Below are positions 45,989 to 54,444 of a DNA stretch of 64,000 nucleotides, in pieces. A program made the translations under genes and the position numbers. The stretch spans positions 2,131 to 66,130 of the forward strand of contig DAHVDN010000011.1 of NCBI GenBank assembly GCA_027313505.1. The letters are read 5' to 3'. Position 1 is the first letter of the stretch. Each line of letters opens with the position of its first letter. Source of the stretch: Candidatus Dormiibacterota bacterium (GTDB lineage: Bacteria > Chloroflexota > Dormibacteria > Aeolococcales > Bog-877). Below the pieces are notes generated by a model, which saw only the letters and a list, made by a program, of their open reading frames with translations, was not told where the DNA came from and did no database searches.

Positions 45989-46359
45989 TGCAACGAGCTG
46001 GAGTCCTCCTCCCCCTCCTGTCCCAGCCGCTTCATCAGCTCCTCGATCATGCGTCGAGCCTCAGGGTCCTCCAGCAGGCGCTCTTGAAAAGCCTCCGCAG
46101 CCTTGCGAATTTGGGGGTCATCCATCAGCCGTTCCTGCATGTGGGTGAACTGAGAGAACATGTCCTTCGCCGCCGCCTCCTGGGCGACCTGCAACAGCAC
46201 CGGCTGCGAGGCGGCAGCGACCACCGCCTCCAGCTGCTGGCGAATCATCTCGATGCCCTTGCACCCCAGGCATTCGCCTCTCAGCTGGCAGTGACAAAGC
46301 TGGCGCTTCAGCTGGTCCAGCTCCCGGTGCGCTCCACTCAGATCAATAGGCTCAGCCAC
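45985..46359 (-). CDS. hypothetical small protein with CxC-x6-CxxC motif and acidic helical tail
   Basis: 124 aa. Contains QLCHCQLRGECLGCKG, then predicted helices (DPQIRKAAEAFQERLLEDPEARRMIEELMKRL). High GC3 and operon context. I recognise no family. Confidence 0.6.
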   Translation of the reverse strand: MAEPIDLSGAHRELDQLKRQLCHCQLRGECLGCKGIEMIRQQLEAVVAAASQPVLLQVAQEAAAKDMFSQFTHMQERLMDDPQIRKAAEAFQERLLEDPEARRMIEELMKRLGQEGEEDSSSLQ

Positions 46360-46385
46360 TTCGCTAGTTAGCCTACGCCAGTCGG

Positions 46386-47180
46386 TCAGCTGAGCGAGTG
46401 AAGAGGTCGTCTGGCGCGGACCAGGGCGTACCAGTAGCGATGGTAGAACCTGCCCTCACGCCACTGAGGGGTGAGCTGGCCGGCGATCGCGGCAGGGGCG
46501 GTCTCGTAATAGTCCAGCAACCTGCGGCGGTCCCGAGGGGTCACCCCCGAACGCTCAAACCACTCCAGAATGTCCTTCTCTTGCTCGATGCGCTCGGCGT
46601 GCTCCACGGTGAAGCCCATGGCCAGCAGCAGCGCTCGCCACTCCTCAAGGGCGCGACTTCGGAAATGGGAGCGGTCGCGCCCGGCCTCAACCACTTCCAG
46701 CCAGTCCCTCACGACAGGGGGTGGGGAGCAGTCGCTGACGGCGAATGCTCCCCCTGGGACGAGTACCCGGTACGCCTCCGCCAGGGCCGGTATCAGGTTC
46801 CTGAAGTGGTGGGGAGCGGACCTGACCAGGACGCGATCGAAGCTCTCGGACGGGAAGGGCAGCGCCTCAGCATCGGCCAGAACGAAGCTGATGTTCCGCG
46901 CTTCTCTCGACGCCGCCAACTGCCTGGCCTGGTCCAGCATCGCGGCAGTGAGGTCGAGTGCAACCACCTCCTTGACCAGCGGCGCCGCCGCCACTGCGAC
47001 ATGTCCCGCGCCGGTCGCGATGTCCAACACCCGATGATTCGGTTTGAGGTCGGCCAGATCGATGAACCGAGCCAGAGAGACCGGGTCGGAGTGCGTCGAG
47101 CTTGTCCGGTAGGCCTCAGCGACCCGCGAGAACTGGTCCCGGCTGTCGGCGGGGTCCGAGCCCTGAGAGCCCGAGCTCAC
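46386..47180 (-). CDS. class I SAM-dependent methyltransferase (Methyltransf_11/25-like)
   Basis: Motif I VLDIATGAGHVA and post-I acidic VALDL. The GTG start overlaps the upstream stop (GTGA at 47177-47180). Confidence 0.85.
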   Translation of the reverse strand: MSSGSQGSDPADSRDQFSRVAEAYRTSSTHSDPVSLARFIDLADLKPNHRVLDIATGAGHVAVAAAPLVKEVVALDLTAAMLDQARQLAASREARNISFVLADAEALPFPSESFDRVLVRSAPHHFRNLIPALAEAYRVLVPGGAFAVSDCSPPPVVRDWLEVVEAGRDRSHFRSRALEEWRALLLAMGFTVEHAERIEQEKDILEWFERSGVTPRDRRRLLDYYETAPAAIAGQLTPQWREGRFYHRYWYALVRARRPLHSLS

Positions 47181-48853
47181 AAGGGATAGCCGGCCAGGAG
47201 GGTGTCAAGCGGGATCGGATCCAGCGATTGGGGACCCCCGAAGCGCACATCGATCTCCGCGTCCAGATCCTTGATCAGCTCCCGCAGCGGGCTGAGGTCA
47301 GACTCTGGCACAGCGCTCCCGGAGTACGCCCCAACCAGTCGGCCCTCGTCGAAGAGCGCGACTCCGGTCCCCGTGTCCGACTGCACCACCATGCCCCCAG
47401 AGGCCGAGTGCTTGCTGAGGTAGCTGCGCAGGCCGTCGAGGTTGACGAACATCGCGCCCAGTCCCCGGAAGTGAACCGGGGCGTGCAGCAGCAGTCCCAG
47501 ACCACGGGCTATCTCACGGGGGTAGGTGATCACATTGAGGATGTCCTGACTGTTGGGGAAGTTCGGGAACGACACCCGGTTGGTGGTGCTGAGCTTCCCC
47601 TGGGTGTCGGAGGCGACCGCCACCACGTACCCATCGACCAGCACGATGTAGCTGTTGCGATCGTCCAGCGAGGCGACGTGCATCACCCCGGTGTGCCCCT
47701 CGCCGGCCAGATGCCGCAGCAGTCGGGCCGGGTCTGTGAACCCGGATCTCAGATTTCTGAAGAGGACATCTCCCTCCGGCAGTGGGAAGGCGCGCGCATC
47801 CGCCACCAACGCGGCCGCTCCAACGTGGTATGAGAGGTCGTCGCGCTGGTATTCCGCAACCGTCGTACCGACAGGCGCGGCCTCGGTCCAAGAGGTCTCG
47901 CTGACCGCCACAACTTCCGTGAGCGGCTCGGCCTCGAATGGCTCCAAGTCGGCCTCTTGCGACTCCACCGGCTGCACCTCCTCGACATCCTCAGGCTGCG
48001 GCGGCCCCGGAGTCGCCTCGACCATCGCCGGGAAATCGTCCACAGTCGCGGCCTCGTCCACCTCCATCTCGGTCACATCGGAGCTGGAAGAGGTTGCGTC
48101 AACCTGAGGCTCGGCGTCCGTGGCCGACCAAACTGGCACCGGCTCCTCGCCCTCCCCGGGCCAGTCAAGGTTGGGATCCGGCTCGCCAGCATCGGCTACC
48201 GAATCCGGTTGAAAGTTGACCGGGTCCGGCTCGAGCCCTCCCGACCAGGGGGCGAGACTCGGCTCAGCATCGGAGATGAAGGAAGGGAAGCCGGAGCCGG
48301 AGATCGGGCTCGGAGTCCAAGCCGGCAGGTCGGGCTGGTCGGTTGCGGCCTCGAATGAGAAAGGAGATGGCTCCGGAGCCTCCGACTCTGCCACCGGGTT
48401 GGACCAGGTCGACTCGACGGGAGAGCCCCCGGAGGAGGTGACCAACCCGGAGCTGGACTCCTCGTCCTCGCTGAGGGCAGATGGAATTGGTGGAATCTGC
48501 TCTGAGAACTCCGAGGCGGCGACGGGGTCCGGCCGGTCAAACTCGTCGCTCTCAGTGACCGGAGGAGGATCTTCGTGGTCGCTCACCTCTCCCGCCCCTT
48601 CCGGCGGGTTGGAGGGGGGCCCGTCCGCCTGATCCTGGGATTCCTCCTTGCGGCGGCCGAATACCCGGCTGATCTGGGGACCCGAATCTCGGTCCTGCTC
48701 CCGAGGGCGCAGGTAGGGCCCATCTGCCGACGCGGGAATCGGGACCGGCACCAGCTGACCGCCGCCTCCCAGAACGTCCAGAAGTCTTTTAAGGAAACCG
48801 TTGGCGCCAGACCTCGAACTGGGGAAGCCGTATCCGGGTCGAGAATTATTCAT
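47177..48853 (-). CDS. hypothetical protein: roughly 330-aa acidic Pro/Ser/Glu-rich disordered region plus C-terminal tandem DUF4388-like modules
   Basis: 558 aa. Residues from about 60 to 340 are low-complexity D/E/P/S. The C-terminus has two similar units (LLRHLAGEGHTGVMHVASLDDRNSYIVLVDGYVVAVAS and LRSYLSKHSASGGMVVQSDTGTGVALFDEGRLVGAYSG). The codon bias is coding-like throughout. Confidence 0.65.
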   Translation of the reverse strand: MNNSRPGYGFPSSRSGANGFLKRLLDVLGGGGQLVPVPIPASADGPYLRPREQDRDSGPQISRVFGRRKEESQDQADGPPSNPPEGAGEVSDHEDPPPVTESDEFDRPDPVAASEFSEQIPPIPSALSEDEESSSGLVTSSGGSPVESTWSNPVAESEAPEPSPFSFEAATDQPDLPAWTPSPISGSGFPSFISDAEPSLAPWSGGLEPDPVNFQPDSVADAGEPDPNLDWPGEGEEPVPVWSATDAEPQVDATSSSSDVTEMEVDEAATVDDFPAMVEATPGPPQPEDVEEVQPVESQEADLEPFEAEPLTEVVAVSETSWTEAAPVGTTVAEYQRDDLSYHVGAAALVADARAFPLPEGDVLFRNLRSGFTDPARLLRHLAGEGHTGVMHVASLDDRNSYIVLVDGYVVAVASDTQGKLSTTNRVSFPNFPNSQDILNVITYPREIARGLGLLLHAPVHFRGLGAMFVNLDGLRSYLSKHSASGGMVVQSDTGTGVALFDEGRLVGAYSGSAVPESDLSPLRELIKDLDAEIDVRFGGPQSLDPIPLDTLLAGYPL

Positions 48854-49019
48854 CGCTTAAGCTCCTGGAGAGCGGCGAGCAGCGGCCGAAAGCTGGGCCG
48901 AAGATTGCGCTCGGAGGCTATTCACTCGCGAAGTGTACGCAAGAATCCGCGTTAGCGGAAGAAGGAACTGCACTGCGTCACAGGTTCTGACGGAGATAGT
49001 GGCACCCGAGGCGGTTGCG

Positions 49020-50168
49020 TCAGGCAGGTAGCGGCACCGTGGCCGGCCGGGAATCGCCTGCCGGGCCGGGAGCGAATCCGGTGCGACGAAGCCACAGAGC
49101 AGGGTTACGGACCTCCCGCCAACCGGGCAGACTCTCAGCTCCTGACCACACTCGGTCGAGCGCCTCCTGGCCGCCGGCCCGTTGGACAGCCCTCAGAAAG
49201 CGCTCCCCCTGCTGGTACTGCTGCAACTTCAGTCCGACGCCGGAAACCAGGAGCAGCAGGCGCTCCAGGTTACTGGGCTCCTCATGGCGCCGGTGAAAAG
49301 CCTGATCGAGGGTGTCGAAATCGGGGAGGTGTCGTCTGCCCACCTCCCGCATGATGAAGTTTCCGTGGCCTTCCAGGACCGCCATGACCGCCTGGACCCT
49401 GCCCACAAGGGCCAGTTGGGGCCTCACATTGCGTGCGACCCTCAACATCTCCTCGAAACTGCGCAGCCCTCCTCCTCCCGGGAGGTTGGTCAACTCCTCG
49501 ACCATGCCTGTCAGATGCGGAGCGAGCCAGGGGTGCAGCTCGAACTGCCAGGCGTGGGTAAGTTCATGAAGCATCAGCCAGCGCCGCAGGGAGTCCAACG
49601 GCAGCTGCGAACGACGCTCGAATTCCCGCACATTCGGCTCGACGATCAGAAGGGCGGGAGTGGGGAGGCTCTCTTCCGGACCTTGGTCAAAGCTGAGGAC
49701 CGGGTCGTACTGCCCCAGTACCCGGCTGCCCATGTAGCCCAGAAGGCCACCCATGTAAAGGCTGGTTGGGATCCGCATGAGCGGACTTGGCCGAATTCCC
49801 CCGAGCTTCCCCTGCGCCTGCTCGATAGGGAACACCATCCGCCTCATCATGGCCAGGTTCTGGTCCACGAAGCCCCTTCGCCCAACCACTCGGACGCGGC
49901 CGAAGCTGATTCCCTGGCGACCGGTACCACAGGCCTCGGCAAGCAGCGGAACCAGCTCCGCCACCAACGGCTCATAATCGCCGTCGGCTCGTTCGACCTC
50001 CTCGCTTCCGTCCACGCCCGAGCGCGAATAGGCGGTCTTGCGCACCAGTTCCCAGTCCAGCATGGAATCCGTGGACCCGCCTCGCATCTTGGAGACGCTC
50101 CGCTCGGCTGCGATGGCCACCCCGGCCGCCACCGCCGACCAGGCCAGGACCGACTTCAGGTCGGGCAT
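49020..50168 (-). CDS. zinc-dependent metalloprotease (DUF2342 family)
   Basis: HExxH in LMLHELTHAWQF. Length and flanking strings are as in actinobacterial DUF2342 hydrolases. ATG at 50168 avoids the 62-nt overlap with the upstream GNAT gene. Confidence 0.75.
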   Translation of the reverse strand: MPDLKSVLAWSAVAAGVAIAAERSVSKMRGGSTDSMLDWELVRKTAYSRSGVDGSEEVERADGDYEPLVAELVPLLAEACGTGRQGISFGRVRVVGRRGFVDQNLAMMRRMVFPIEQAQGKLGGIRPSPLMRIPTSLYMGGLLGYMGSRVLGQYDPVLSFDQGPEESLPTPALLIVEPNVREFERRSQLPLDSLRRWLMLHELTHAWQFELHPWLAPHLTGMVEELTNLPGGGGLRSFEEMLRVARNVRPQLALVGRVQAVMAVLEGHGNFIMREVGRRHLPDFDTLDQAFHRRHEEPSNLERLLLLVSGVGLKLQQYQQGERFLRAVQRAGGQEALDRVWSGAESLPGWREVRNPALWLRRTGFAPGPAGDSRPATVPLPA

Positions 50169-50175
50169 GATCGGA

Positions 50176-51036
50176 TCATATGCCCATCGTCTCGGGGACC
50201 CGGCGGCGGAACGCCAGCTCCCTCCCCACACGCTCAAACCCGAGTGGATGGTACAGCCCCCCGAGACCCGGATCGCCGAAGCACAAGACCGGGGTCATAC
50301 GCTCGCTGAGGGCCGCGGCGGTCGCCGCCAGGACCACCGCGGTGGCGGCGCCGCGTCGACGCAGGAGCGGATCGGTCGCCACCCCCCCGATCTCTACCAC
50401 CCCGCCGTAGGATTTGGTCCACCGCGCGGCTGCGGCCACCCGGCCGTCGACTTCGGCGATGAAGGTCCGCTCGCTCGCCAATCTCTCCGCCCATAGTTGC
50501 GGCGAGTCCAGTCTCATCCAGCTGACCGAGTCGTAGATCCGGAACAACTCCTGAGCGTCGGAGACCAAAGCCGGCCGTACCGGGCACAGCGACCGGGGAG
50601 GAACGCGAAGGGCCGCCGCCACCGTGACATCTCGGATGTAGACGTCAAACTGATCGTTGAGCTCCAGTGGCAGCTGGGACTCGAGACACGACAGCCGCTC
50701 AAGGCTCTGCAGCTGATCGGTGATGAGCCGAGCCGTGGCGACCCGATCCTGTACCAGCGGCGCCAGGAGGCTCAGCCTCCCCGGCTGGGAGAAGGCGACT
50801 GCCCGGACCTCATTGGAACCTCCCCGCACGGTCAGCAGGTCGGGGTGCTCGCCCCGGTCTTCGAGCCTGCGGAGCGAATCGCCGAGGTGAAGGCCCGCCC
50901 ACCCCTGGGCCAAAAGGAAGCTGGTCACCTCTCCGCGCTGCTCCTGCCCACGAACGGGGCGGAACATCATCTCCGGGTCGGACCTCGCTCTCACCCCTAA
51001 ATGATCGCCAACTCGGGTTCCCCGGCGCACTGGCAC
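50176..51036 (-). CDS. GNAT family N-acetyltransferase with N-terminal extra domain
   Basis: C-terminal IGGVATDPLLRRRGAATAVVLAA (acetyl-CoA pyrophosphate-binding loop) and LYHPLGFERV. Confidence 0.7.
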   Translation of the reverse strand: MPVRRGTRVGDHLGVRARSDPEMMFRPVRGQEQRGEVTSFLLAQGWAGLHLGDSLRRLEDRGEHPDLLTVRGGSNEVRAVAFSQPGRLSLLAPLVQDRVATARLITDQLQSLERLSCLESQLPLELNDQFDVYIRDVTVAAALRVPPRSLCPVRPALVSDAQELFRIYDSVSWMRLDSPQLWAERLASERTFIAEVDGRVAAAARWTKSYGGVVEIGGVATDPLLRRRGAATAVVLAATAAALSERMTPVLCFGDPGLGGLYHPLGFERVGRELAFRRRVPETMGI

Positions 51037-51052
51037 TTCAACCGGGCGCCTG

Positions 51053-51079
51053 CTAGCACTCGGAGCCAGTGAGTGCTAA
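51053..51079 (+). promoter_or_regulatory. CIRCE operator (HrcA binding site)
   Basis: CTAGCACTC-N9-GAGTGCTAA against consensus TTAGCACTC-N9-GAGTGCTAA. Lies 56 nt upstream of the groEL ATG. Confidence 0.9.
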
Positions 51080-51134
51080 AATGACGGCACCGAGGGAACC
51101 AACCGAACCTGTGGGGATATAGGAGAACAGTTAC

Positions 51135-52742
51135 ATGCCGAAACAGTTGCTATTCGACACCGAGGCGCGCGCGGCCTTGAAGCGTGGCGCCGACAAGGTA
51201 GCCGACGCTGTCCGGATCACGATCGGTCCCAAGGGACGCAACGTTGTCCTGGACAAGAAGTTTGGGAGCCCGACCATCACCAACGACGGGGTGACGATCG
51301 CCAAGGAGATCGAGCTGGAGGACCCGTTCGAGAACATGGGTGCCCAGTTGGTGAAGGAGGTCGCCAGCAAGACCAACGACATTGCCGGTGATGGAACCAC
51401 CACCGCGACCGTGTTGGCCGCGGCGATGATCAACGAGGGACTTCGCCACGTCGCCCATGGCGCCAACCCAGTCCAGGTCAAGGTGGGAATCCAAAAGGCC
51501 GTTGACCTGGTGGTGGCGGAGATCAAGAAGCACTCCGTGTCGATCAGCGAGCGCGAGAAGATCGCCCAGGTCGCCTCCATCTCAGCAGCTGACACCAGCA
51601 TCGGCGAGACCGTCGCCGACGCAATGGAGAAGGTGGGCAAGGACGGAGTGATCACCGTAGAAGAATCCAAGGGGATCGAGACCGAGCTGGATCTGGTTGA
51701 AGGGATGCAGTTCGACAAGGGTTACATCAGCCCCTACATGGTGACCAACACCCAGGCGATGGAGGCGGTCCTTGAGGACCCCTACGTCCTGATCACCGAC
51801 CGCAAGATCTCAGCCATCGCGGACCTGCTGCCGGTGGTGGAGAAGATCCACCAGAGTGGCAAGCCGCTGGTAGTCGTGGCAGAGGACGTGGACGGCGAGG
51901 CGTTGGCGACTCTCATCGTCAACAAGATCCGGGGCATCTTCACCGCAGTTGCGGTCAAGGCTCCCGGCTTCGGCGACCGTCGCAAGGCCATGCTCCAGGA
52001 CATCGCCATCCTCACGGGCGGCACCGTGATCAGCGAGGAGCTCGGGCTCAAGCTGGAGAGCGTGCAACTCGGCCAACTGGGAAGGGCCCGGATGGTCAAG
52101 GTCACCAAGGACGACACCACCATCGTTGAGGGTGCCGGCGCGGGAGACGCCATCAAGGGACGCATCGAGCAGATCAAGGCGGAGATCGACAAGTCCACCA
52201 GCGACTGGGACAAGGAGAAGCTTCAGGAGCGTCTCGCCAAGCTCGCCGGGGGAGTCGCGGTCATCAAGGTCGGCGCGGCCACCGAGACCGAGCTCAAGGA
52301 GCGCAAGCACCGGATGGAGGACGCCGTGTCCGCCACCAGGGCAGCGGTTGAGGAGGGCATCGTCCCCGGTGGTGGCACCGTGCTGCTGCTGGCGCAGGCG
52401 GCGCTCAAGGACACCAAGCTTGAGGGCGACGAGCAGATCGGGGTCACCATCGTCCGCAGGGCGCTGGAGGAGCCGGCTCGGCAGATCGCCAACAACGCTG
52501 GCGCAGAGGGCTCCGTGGTCGTGGAGAAGGTTCGTAGCCTTCCCGCCGGCCAGGGCTACAACGCGGCCAACGGCGAGTACGTGGACATGGTCAAGGCCGG
52601 GATCATCGACCCGACCAAGGTGACCCGCTCAGCGGTGCAGAACGCGGCTTCGATTGCCGGGCTGCTTCTCACCACCGAGTCTCTGATCACCGACCTTCCC
52701 GAGAAGAAGGGAGCGGCGGCGCCGCAGATGCCCGAGTACTGA
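51135..52742 (+). CDS. groEL: chaperonin GroEL (stand-alone copy)
   Basis: 535 aa. [12 protein letters not shown], the full GroEL pattern, and a C-terminal ...AAAPQMPEY tail. No groES lies upstream in this window. Confidence 0.97.
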   Translation: MPKQLLFDTEARAALKRGADKVADAVRITIGPKGRNVVLDKKFGSPTITNDGVTIAKEIELEDPFENMGAQLVKEVASKTNDIAGDGTTTATVLAAAMINEGLRHVAHGANPVQVKVGIQKAVDLVVAEIKKHSVSISEREKIAQVASISAADTSIGETVADAMEKVGKDGVITVEESKGIETELDLVEGMQFDKGYISPYMVTNTQAMEAVLEDPYVLITDRKISAIADLLPVVEKIHQSGKPLVVVAEDVDGEALATLIVNKIRGIFTAVAVKAPGFGDRRKAMLQDIAILTGGTVISEELGLKLESVQLGQLGRARMVKVTKDDTTIVEGAGAGDAIKGRIEQIKAEIDKSTSDWDKEKLQERLAKLAGGVAVIKVGAATETELKERKHRMEDAVSATRAAVEEGIVPGGGTVLLLAQAALKDTKLEGDEQIGVTIVRRALEEPARQIANNAGAEGSVVVEKVRSLPAGQGYNAANGEYVDMVKAGIIDPTKVTRSAVQNAASIAGLLLTTESLITDLPEKKGAAAPQMPEY

Positions 52743-52772
52743 TCCTGAACACAGCCGTGAGGCTGTGATCGA

Positions 52773-52809
52773 GGGGGGTGGCCACGACTGGCCACCCCCC
52801 TTTCTTTTT
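52773..52809 (+). terminator. rho-independent terminator of groEL
   Basis: GGGGGGTGGCCA-cgac-TGGCCACCCCCC followed by TTTCTTTTT, 30 nt after the stop. Confidence 0.9.
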
Positions 52810-52882
52810 GCCCCAGCAAAGGGTCCAGTTGGAGTGGTGACCTTTGCCCCGGTGGCGCCATGACGGACAATGGCCGAGTCCC

Positions 52883-53704
52883 ATGGCCTCGATCCTCACC
52901 TTGCTCACAGACTTCGGAAGTGCCGACGGCTACGCTGGCGCGCTCCTGGGCGCGGTGATCCGTGCCGCCCCCCAACTCCGGGTCGAGACCATAACCCATG
53001 GAGTGCCTCCGGGGGACGTAGGGGCCGGCAGCTACTGGCTCGCCGCCTCGGCGCCCGCCTTCCCAGACGGGACCGTCCACTGCGTTGTGGTAGATCCCGG
53101 AGTCGGGACCAGCCGGCACCTCATCGCCTGCGTGGTCGATCGACAGCTGGTCATCGCGCCGGACAACGGCCTTCTGCACTTCATGTGGCAGAGGGGCCAC
53201 GAGCGTTCCGCCTTCCGCGTCGATCAGCAGGCGTTCCGGCCGTCATCATTGAGCGCAACCTTCCACGGACGAGACCTCATCGGCCCGCTGGCAGCGCGAG
53301 TGGCCGCCGGAAGCTTGGAGGTGGAGGCCCTGGGACCCCGGATACCCAGCCCTCAGCTCATCCCCGATTTCGTTCAGGAAGGGGACGTGACCGGCACTGC
53401 AGCCCGGGTGGTGCTGGTCGACCGATTCGGAAACGTGGTCCTTGCAGTCGCCCGGACGCCGTGGTACTCGCCGGTTCCGGCGGGGGTGTCCCTTCCAGGC
53501 GGGCGTCTTATCAGCCAGCTGGTGAGCACCTACTCGGAGATCGAGGGAGATGTCGGCGTCCTTTGGAACAGCGCGGGCCATCTGGAGCTGGCAGGAAACC
53601 GGGTGAACGCCGCGGCCAGCCTCAACCTTCACCCTGGCGACCGAGTACGGGTCCTTTGGGCAGACCCACCGGGACAGGGTGAAAGCGGGATCGCTCCTGA
53701 ATGA
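52883..53704 (+). CDS. SAM hydrolase / SAM-dependent halogenase family protein (DUF62, SAM hydroxide adenosyltransferase)
   Basis: LLTDFGSADGYAG and VVDPGVGTSR motifs. ATG at 52883 (MASILTLLTDFG) is preferred. Confidence 0.85.
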   Translation: MASILTLLTDFGSADGYAGALLGAVIRAAPQLRVETITHGVPPGDVGAGSYWLAASAPAFPDGTVHCVVVDPGVGTSRHLIACVVDRQLVIAPDNGLLHFMWQRGHERSAFRVDQQAFRPSSLSATFHGRDLIGPLAARVAAGSLEVEALGPRIPSPQLIPDFVQEGDVTGTAARVVLVDRFGNVVLAVARTPWYSPVPAGVSLPGGRLISQLVSTYSEIEGDVGVLWNSAGHLELAGNRVNAAASLNLHPGDRVRVLWADPPGQGESGIAPE

Positions 53705-54426
53705 ATGGGCGGGTGGCTTCGCGAGATCAGTCGCGGGCGTTGGACGCTGCGGCGGAGAGGACGGGCGTCCCAACGTCGATGTTGATGGGAGTTGCCGGCT
53801 TTCAGGTGGGACGCCTCGCCTCCACCATTCTGAAGGAGGGCTCGGCGCCGAGAGGACGGGTCGCGGTCCTCGCCGGCCGGGGAAGCAATGGAGGCGATGG
53901 GCTGGTCGCCGCCCGACACCTGGCCACTTGGGGCTCCGAGGTTCGTTGCCTGGTACTGACCACGGGTCATGAAGAGGCGGCCTCGCGACCGGATCTGGCG
54001 AGGTCGGCAGCCGCTTCTGGTGCCGCGGTCCGCACGGTCAGCGCCGGCGACCCCAAGATCCAGGCGTCGGCGGACTGGGTGCTGGCGGAGGTGGACCTGG
54101 TTATCGACAGCCTCCTGGGAACCGGCGCGGTCGGAGCTCCGAGAGGGGAGGTGGCGACCCTGATCCGGCGAATCAACCGGAGCTCAGCTGTCGTCTTGGC
54201 GGTGGACCTGCCGAGCGGCTTGGACGCTGATTCCGGCGTCGCCGAGGGGGACTGCGTGAGAGCGGATCACACCCTCATGCTGGGCGCAGCCCGACTCGGC
54301 TGCGAGCAGTTGGCTGCCCGACACTGGGTTGGTCGCCTTTGGCTGGCGGACATCGGCATTCCCAGGAGCTGCTACCTGGAATGCGGTCTGGAGCCGACGT
54401 CAGCGCTCGGCCCGGATCCGGTCTGA
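53701..54426 (+). CDS. NAD(P)H-hydrate epimerase (YjeF N-terminal domain only)
   Basis: 241 aa. GRGSNGGDGLVAARHL motif. ATGA overlap with the DUF62 gene. No C-terminal carbohydrate-kinase (dehydratase) domain. Confidence 0.8.
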   Translation: MNGRVASRDQSRALDAAAERTGVPTSMLMGVAGFQVGRLASTILKEGSAPRGRVAVLAGRGSNGGDGLVAARHLATWGSEVRCLVLTTGHEEAASRPDLARSAAASGAAVRTVSAGDPKIQASADWVLAEVDLVIDSLLGTGAVGAPRGEVATLIRRINRSSAVVLAVDLPSGLDADSGVAEGDCVRADHTLMLGAARLGCEQLAARHWVGRLWLADIGIPRSCYLECGLEPTSALGPDPV

Positions 54427-54444
54427 ATCACCCCGGCGCCCCGG

